Made by a program: the position numbers and the translations under genes. From the NCBI GenBank assembly GCA_041640635.1, contig JBEPZX010000004.1, positions 1 to 64,000 on the forward strand: a DNA stretch of 64,000 nucleotides, given 5' to 3'. The notes below the pieces were generated by a model that was given only the letters and a program-made list of their open reading frames with translations, was not told the DNA's origin and made no database searches. This DNA comes from Aquificaceae bacterium (GTDB lineage: Bacteria; Aquificota; Aquificia; Aquificales; Aquificaceae). This document shows, one piece after another, positions 60,413 to 64,000 of the stretch (the first letter of the stretch is position 1; each line of letters begins with the position of its first letter).

Positions 60413-61089
60413 AAAGGTACAATATACGTATAGCTGGTGTTGGTGGGCAAGGTGTCGTTACCTCTGCCCACATTCTTGGTAACGCTATGTCAGCCGCAGG
60501 AAAATATGCCACCTTAGTACCGTTTTTTGGTTCAGAAAAAAGAATGGCACCTGTCGAAGCTTACGTTAGAGCATCTGACCAGCCAATATATGAGGTTGGG
60601 GAAGTAGTATACCCGAATGTTATAATGATATACCACCCTCAAGTTATAACTCACGGTAAGTCCTATACTATGCCTTTCTACTCTGGTCTTAAGGAAAACG
60701 GTCTTGTTATAATAAATACAGATGTGGATATTCTTTCAAAAGAGGATTGGACCATACTTAACGACCTTAACACAAGAGTAATAATGTTCCCAGCTACTCG
60801 GATAGCACTAGATATAGCAGGAACGGAACTTGCTACTAACATGGCAATGATAGGACTATTTTTTGGTATAACAAGACTTGTAGAATTCGAGCATATAGAA
60901 AAGGCTGTAAGGGAAAGATTTCTAGGAAATACATTTGTTGCATCTGGTGGTACAGCTGCACTAGACAGCGCCATAGAAAAGAAATTTAAGAAAAAAATGG
61001 AACTCTTGGAGAAGAACATGCAAGTTATTTCAGAAGCATTTAAGATAGCAGAAGAGAAAGGATGGGTAGAAGAAGAAATTACCACATAA
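60409..61089 (+). CDS. forG: 2-oxoacid:ferredoxin oxidoreductase gamma subunit
   Basis: IRIAGVGGQGVVT, PFFGSEKR.APV, NMAMIG. Confidence 0.88.
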   Translation: MKRYNIRIAGVGGQGVVTSAHILGNAMSAAGKYATLVPFFGSEKRMAPVEAYVRASDQPIYEVGEVVYPNVIMIYHPQVITHGKSYTMPFYSGLKENGLVIINTDVDILSKEDWTILNDLNTRVIMFPATRIALDIAGTELATNMAMIGLFFGITRLVEFEHIEKAVRERFLGNTFVASGGTAALDSAIEKKFKKKMELLEKNMQVISEAFKIAEEKGWVEEEITT

Positions 61090-61104
61090 GGAGGCTATAG
61101 AGGT

Positions 61105-61329
61105 ATGTACTATGTAGCTGATGTTAACGAGCCGTGTTGTGCTAAATACAACTGTAAGCAGTGTGTGCTTTTTTGTCCAGAACCAAACACTCTTATGTAT
61201 CATGATGAAAAACATGTAGCTTGGGTAAATTACTCAAGATGTAAAGGATGTGCCATATGCGTATATGTATGTTCAGATCTCCTAAAGAGGAATTGCATTC
61301 AAATGGTCATGGTCACAGCTGCAGATTGA
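61105..61329 (+). CDS. forE: ferredoxin-like epsilon subunit
   Basis: CCAKYNCKQCVLFCP and CKGCAICVYVC [4Fe-4S]-type motifs. Confidence 0.85.
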   Translation: MYYVADVNEPCCAKYNCKQCVLFCPEPNTLMYHDEKHVAWVNYSRCKGCAICVYVCSDLLKRNCIQMVMVTAAD

Positions 61330-61341
61330 GGAGAGAAAGGT

Positions 61342-61629
61342 ATGGACATAAAAAAGTTAGGAAATCTCAAGGAAGCGCTTTTGAATGCTATAAATAATCC
61401 TGATTTGGATGTGGAGCTCTGTTTCGACAAAAATGACAAGTGCGATATAAAAAATATACCTTACATAAAGGTGAAATATGTTACAGAAGAACATAATGTA
61501 CACGAAAAGGAAATAGACATAGATCCTGATTACTTCAATAGAGATATTAAAGACATAGTGAACTTCGTTGTATTCCAAATACAGCAATTTATGGAAGAAA
61601 TAGACTCTGTAGAGTATGGGGGCGAGTGA
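61342..61629 (+). CDS. small acidic hypothetical protein in the ForF position
   Basis: GAGGAG SD; directly follows forE. Confidence 0.65.
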   Translation: MDIKKLGNLKEALLNAINNPDLDVELCFDKNDKCDIKNIPYIKVKYVTEEHNVHEKEIDIDPDYFNRDIKDIVNFVVFQIQQFMEEIDSVEYGGE

Positions 61630-62570
61630 TGCTCCCATCTTTTATTATTACTGGGTTTTTAGGCAGTGGTAAAACTACTTTAGCAATCAACTCTATAAAA
61701 CACGCTTTCGAAGACAAGAAAGTTGCTATCGTAGTTAATGAGTTTGGTGAAGTTGGATTTGATGGTAAAGTTTTAAAAAACGTATACTCTGAAGTCTTGG
61801 AGCTTTCCGAAGGTTGTATATGCTGCACCTTATCAAGTCAGTTTGAAAAAGGTGTCAAGGAAATAATGGAAAAATACGCTCCAGATGTTCTTTTCGTAGA
61901 GACATCAGGTGTATCTGAACCTTTTCCCATAATGCTCAGTTTACAAAGCATAGGATTTTCTGTAGAAGGTGTAATATGCATGGTCGATGTAGCAAATTTT
62001 GAAAAATACGAGAGCTCCACAACAGCAAAACATCAAATAGGCTCATCTAATATTATTGTCTTGAATAAAGCGGATTTGATTGATAGTACACAGTTAGACC
62101 AGGTTGAGGAAAGAGTAAAGCAAATAAGAAAAAAATACTCCTTGAGAAACTTCTTCACAGGAGAAGAAGTCTTTCCCAAATACATAATTTTGAAGACTGC
62201 TTACGGAAAGCTGCCCAAGGAAATATTTTCCATTGTTAATACAACCAATCTAAATGTGGAACAAATAAAACACGAAAGCCATGAAGGAGAGTTCTTTTAT
62301 CAAGAAACCATAAAGTTTAGGGATAACATAACCTACGAATATTTAGAAAAGTATCTTAAGGAGCTGCCAAAAAGCGTAATTAGAGCTAAGGGTATAGTTA
62401 GAGTAGCTGATGCTCCAAACCCCCTCTTAGTAAGCTATTCTTTTGGGAACTTGGACATCGTAGGCAAAGACCCTACTTATCAAGGAGAAAGTTTTTTGGT
62501 ATTAATCGGCTTTGAACCAAAACATTTTAAAATTCAAATGGAAATAAAGAGCACCTACATAAGGGGCTGA
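61629..62570 (+). CDS. CobW/COG0523-family metallochaperone GTPase
   Basis: TGFLGSGKTT, VNEFGE, GCICC, VETSG, LNKAD, RAKG; TGATG overlap with the upstream gene. Confidence 0.93.
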   Translation: MLPSFIITGFLGSGKTTLAINSIKHAFEDKKVAIVVNEFGEVGFDGKVLKNVYSEVLELSEGCICCTLSSQFEKGVKEIMEKYAPDVLFVETSGVSEPFPIMLSLQSIGFSVEGVICMVDVANFEKYESSTTAKHQIGSSNIIVLNKADLIDSTQLDQVEERVKQIRKKYSLRNFFTGEEVFPKYIILKTAYGKLPKEIFSIVNTTNLNVEQIKHESHEGEFFYQETIKFRDNITYEYLEKYLKELPKSVIRAKGIVRVADAPNPLLVSYSFGNLDIVGKDPTYQGESFLVLIGFEPKHFKIQMEIKSTYIRG

Positions 62571-63050
62571 TTAATTAAGCATACCTAATATTTGATGTCT
62601 TAGAACATGAGCAGGCTTATAATTGGGTGCTATTCTTATGGCGTTTCTAACCTCCTCTAGTGCATCATAAAATTTCCCCATGGCTACATAGGCTCTTGCT
62701 AGATTCATGTGTGGGTAATGTCTTGGTTCGTAATTTTTGGCTACTATAGCTTTCTTTAACCATGGTATAGATTCTTCGTATCTTCCAAGAGCTATTAGGT
62801 AAGAACCTATATCGTTGTATGGATTACCATAGTCTGGGTCTATTTCTATAGCTTTTTTGCAAAGATCAATAGCTAGTTCGTAATTACCTAGCATACTATA
62901 AGCCCAAGCCAAATAGGTATACCCTTGAGCCGTCGGATATATATCGATAGACTTCTCGTATAGTTCTATAGCTTTCTTAATGTCTCCTTCTATCAAAGCA
63001 TCATAAGCCATCCTCATATATTCCAATGCTTGTTTTTCTGTGTCCCTCAT
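62571..63050 (-). CDS. tetratricopeptide repeat protein
   Basis: Repeated A..LY.KAI..DP.Y..PY..IG-type TPR units. Confidence 0.88.
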   Translation of the reverse strand: MRDTEKQALEYMRMAYDALIEGDIKKAIELYEKSIDIYPTAQGYTYLAWAYSMLGNYELAIDLCKKAIEIDPDYGNPYNDIGSYLIALGRYEESIPWLKKAIVAKNYEPRHYPHMNLARAYVAMGKFYDALEEVRNAIRIAPNYKPAHVLRHQILGMLN

Positions 63051-63138
63051 AAAATTTAAATATAATACATTAAATAAATTTGACAATAATAAACTAAGGT
63101 TTTGTGGAGTATATCAAAGCTTATAATGTTAAGATACT

Positions 63139-64000
63139 ATGAAAAAAGTTCTAATCTGGGGTCGTGGAATAAGCGGGAAAGCATGTGCAGAACTATTAAA
63201 AAGTAAAGGTATAGAATTTTTTATTGGCGATGATAATGACTCTACAGATCCAAAAGATTACTTGGATACTGTGGATACAGTTGTTTTATCTCCGGGTATA
63301 CCACCAAAGCATTACCTATGGAAATTGGCTCAAGAGAAAAAAATAGAAGTCATAGGAGAACTGGAACTTGCTTGGCGTTTTTTTGAAGGCAAAGCTATTG
63401 CTATAACTGGGACTGATGGTAAGTCAACTACTACTCACATTACCTATTTAATCTTAAAAAGAGTTTTTGATAACGTAGAAGAAGGAGGAAATATAGGTAT
63501 ACCCTTTTCTTCGGTAGTGCTTAAGAATCCAAAATCTTTGGCTGTACTCGAAATATCTTCTTTTCAAGGAAAAACGCTAAAAACATTTAAACCTTTTATT
63601 GGTGCCTTTTTAAACTTTTCTCCAGACCACTTGGACTGGCACATAGACGTAGATGATTATCTACACAGCAAATATAACATATTTGCCAAACAGGATTTTC
63701 AAGATACACTAATACTAAATGCAAACCAAGAGGAAGTGAAAAACACACCATCAGAGGCCAAAAAAGTATTCTTTTGTGATAACTGTCAACTAAGAATATA
63801 CAAAGGCGTTGGATTATACGAAGATATAAAGCTTTTTGATGCGACTAAATTAAAAATACAAGGCAGGCACAACTACTATAATGCTTTAGTTGCTAGCTAT
63901 ATAGCTTACAGTTTAGGTGTAGATGTTTCTATTATACAGGATGTGCTTTACACTTTTGAAGGTCTCCCTTATAGGATGGAATTTCTAGGGAAATACGATG
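63139..64000 (+). CDS. murD: UDP-N-acetylmuramoyl-L-alanine-D-glutamate ligase (partial, runs off the window)
   Basis: Manual translation MKKVLIWGRGISGKAC...VLSPGIPP...AITGTDGKSTT...GGNIG...LEISSFQ...NFSPDHLDWH. Confidence 0.95.
   Translation, partial: MKKVLIWGRGISGKACAELLKSKGIEFFIGDDNDSTDPKDYLDTVDTVVLSPGIPPKHYLWKLAQEKKIEVIGELELAWRFFEGKAIAITGTDGKSTTTHITYLILKRVFDNVEEGGNIGIPFSSVVLKNPKSLAVLEISSFQGKTLKTFKPFIGAFLNFSPDHLDWHIDVDDYLHSKYNIFAKQDFQDTLILNANQEEVKNTPSEAKKVFFCDNCQLRIYKGVGLYEDIKLFDATKLKIQGRHNYYNALVASYIAYSLGVDVSIIQDVLYTFEGLPYRMEFLGKYD

Overview
Gene-dense, AT-rich chromosomal window from a thermophilic chemolithoautotroph. It is most likely Aquificota (Hydrogenobacter/Thermocrinis-like), inferred from reverse gyrase, bifunctional FBP aldolase/phosphatase, five-subunit For-type 2-oxoacid:ferredoxin oxidoreductase, fused NuoCD, an archaeal-type SAM synthetase and an fccB-Rieske-fccB sulfide-oxidation cluster. 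It contains the spc-alpha ribosomal cluster (rplN to rplQ) with a long tail of tightly coupled non-ribosomal genes, dnaK, pyrB, folP-cdaA-cdaR, ispE-prs-rplY-pth, nuoABCDH, rnr, ugd, forDABGE(F), a partial murD and four tRNAs (His, Gln, fMet, Ala). I saw no CRISPR array, transposase, integrase or prophage gene. Best candidates for something new: (1) a tandem pair of outer-membrane porin genes whose upstream copy has an intact frame and Shine-Dalgarno but an ACG start codon and a decayed -35, with near-identical blocks separating variable segments (possible silent gene-conversion cassette); (2) a compact GC-rich RNA between prs and rplY that can form three interleaved helices (A-B-C-A'-B'-C') plus a hairpin, with one strand able to switch onto the rplY SD; (3) several apparently catalytically dead domains: a stand-alone GlmM-like domain I, a pseudo-receiver/pseudo-ODP fusion, and a globin-PsiE fusion with Tyr in place of the proximal His; (4) a foreign-looking two-domain multicopper oxidase inside the sulfide dehydrogenase cluster. 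All family assignments are from motif recognition by eye; no searches were run.
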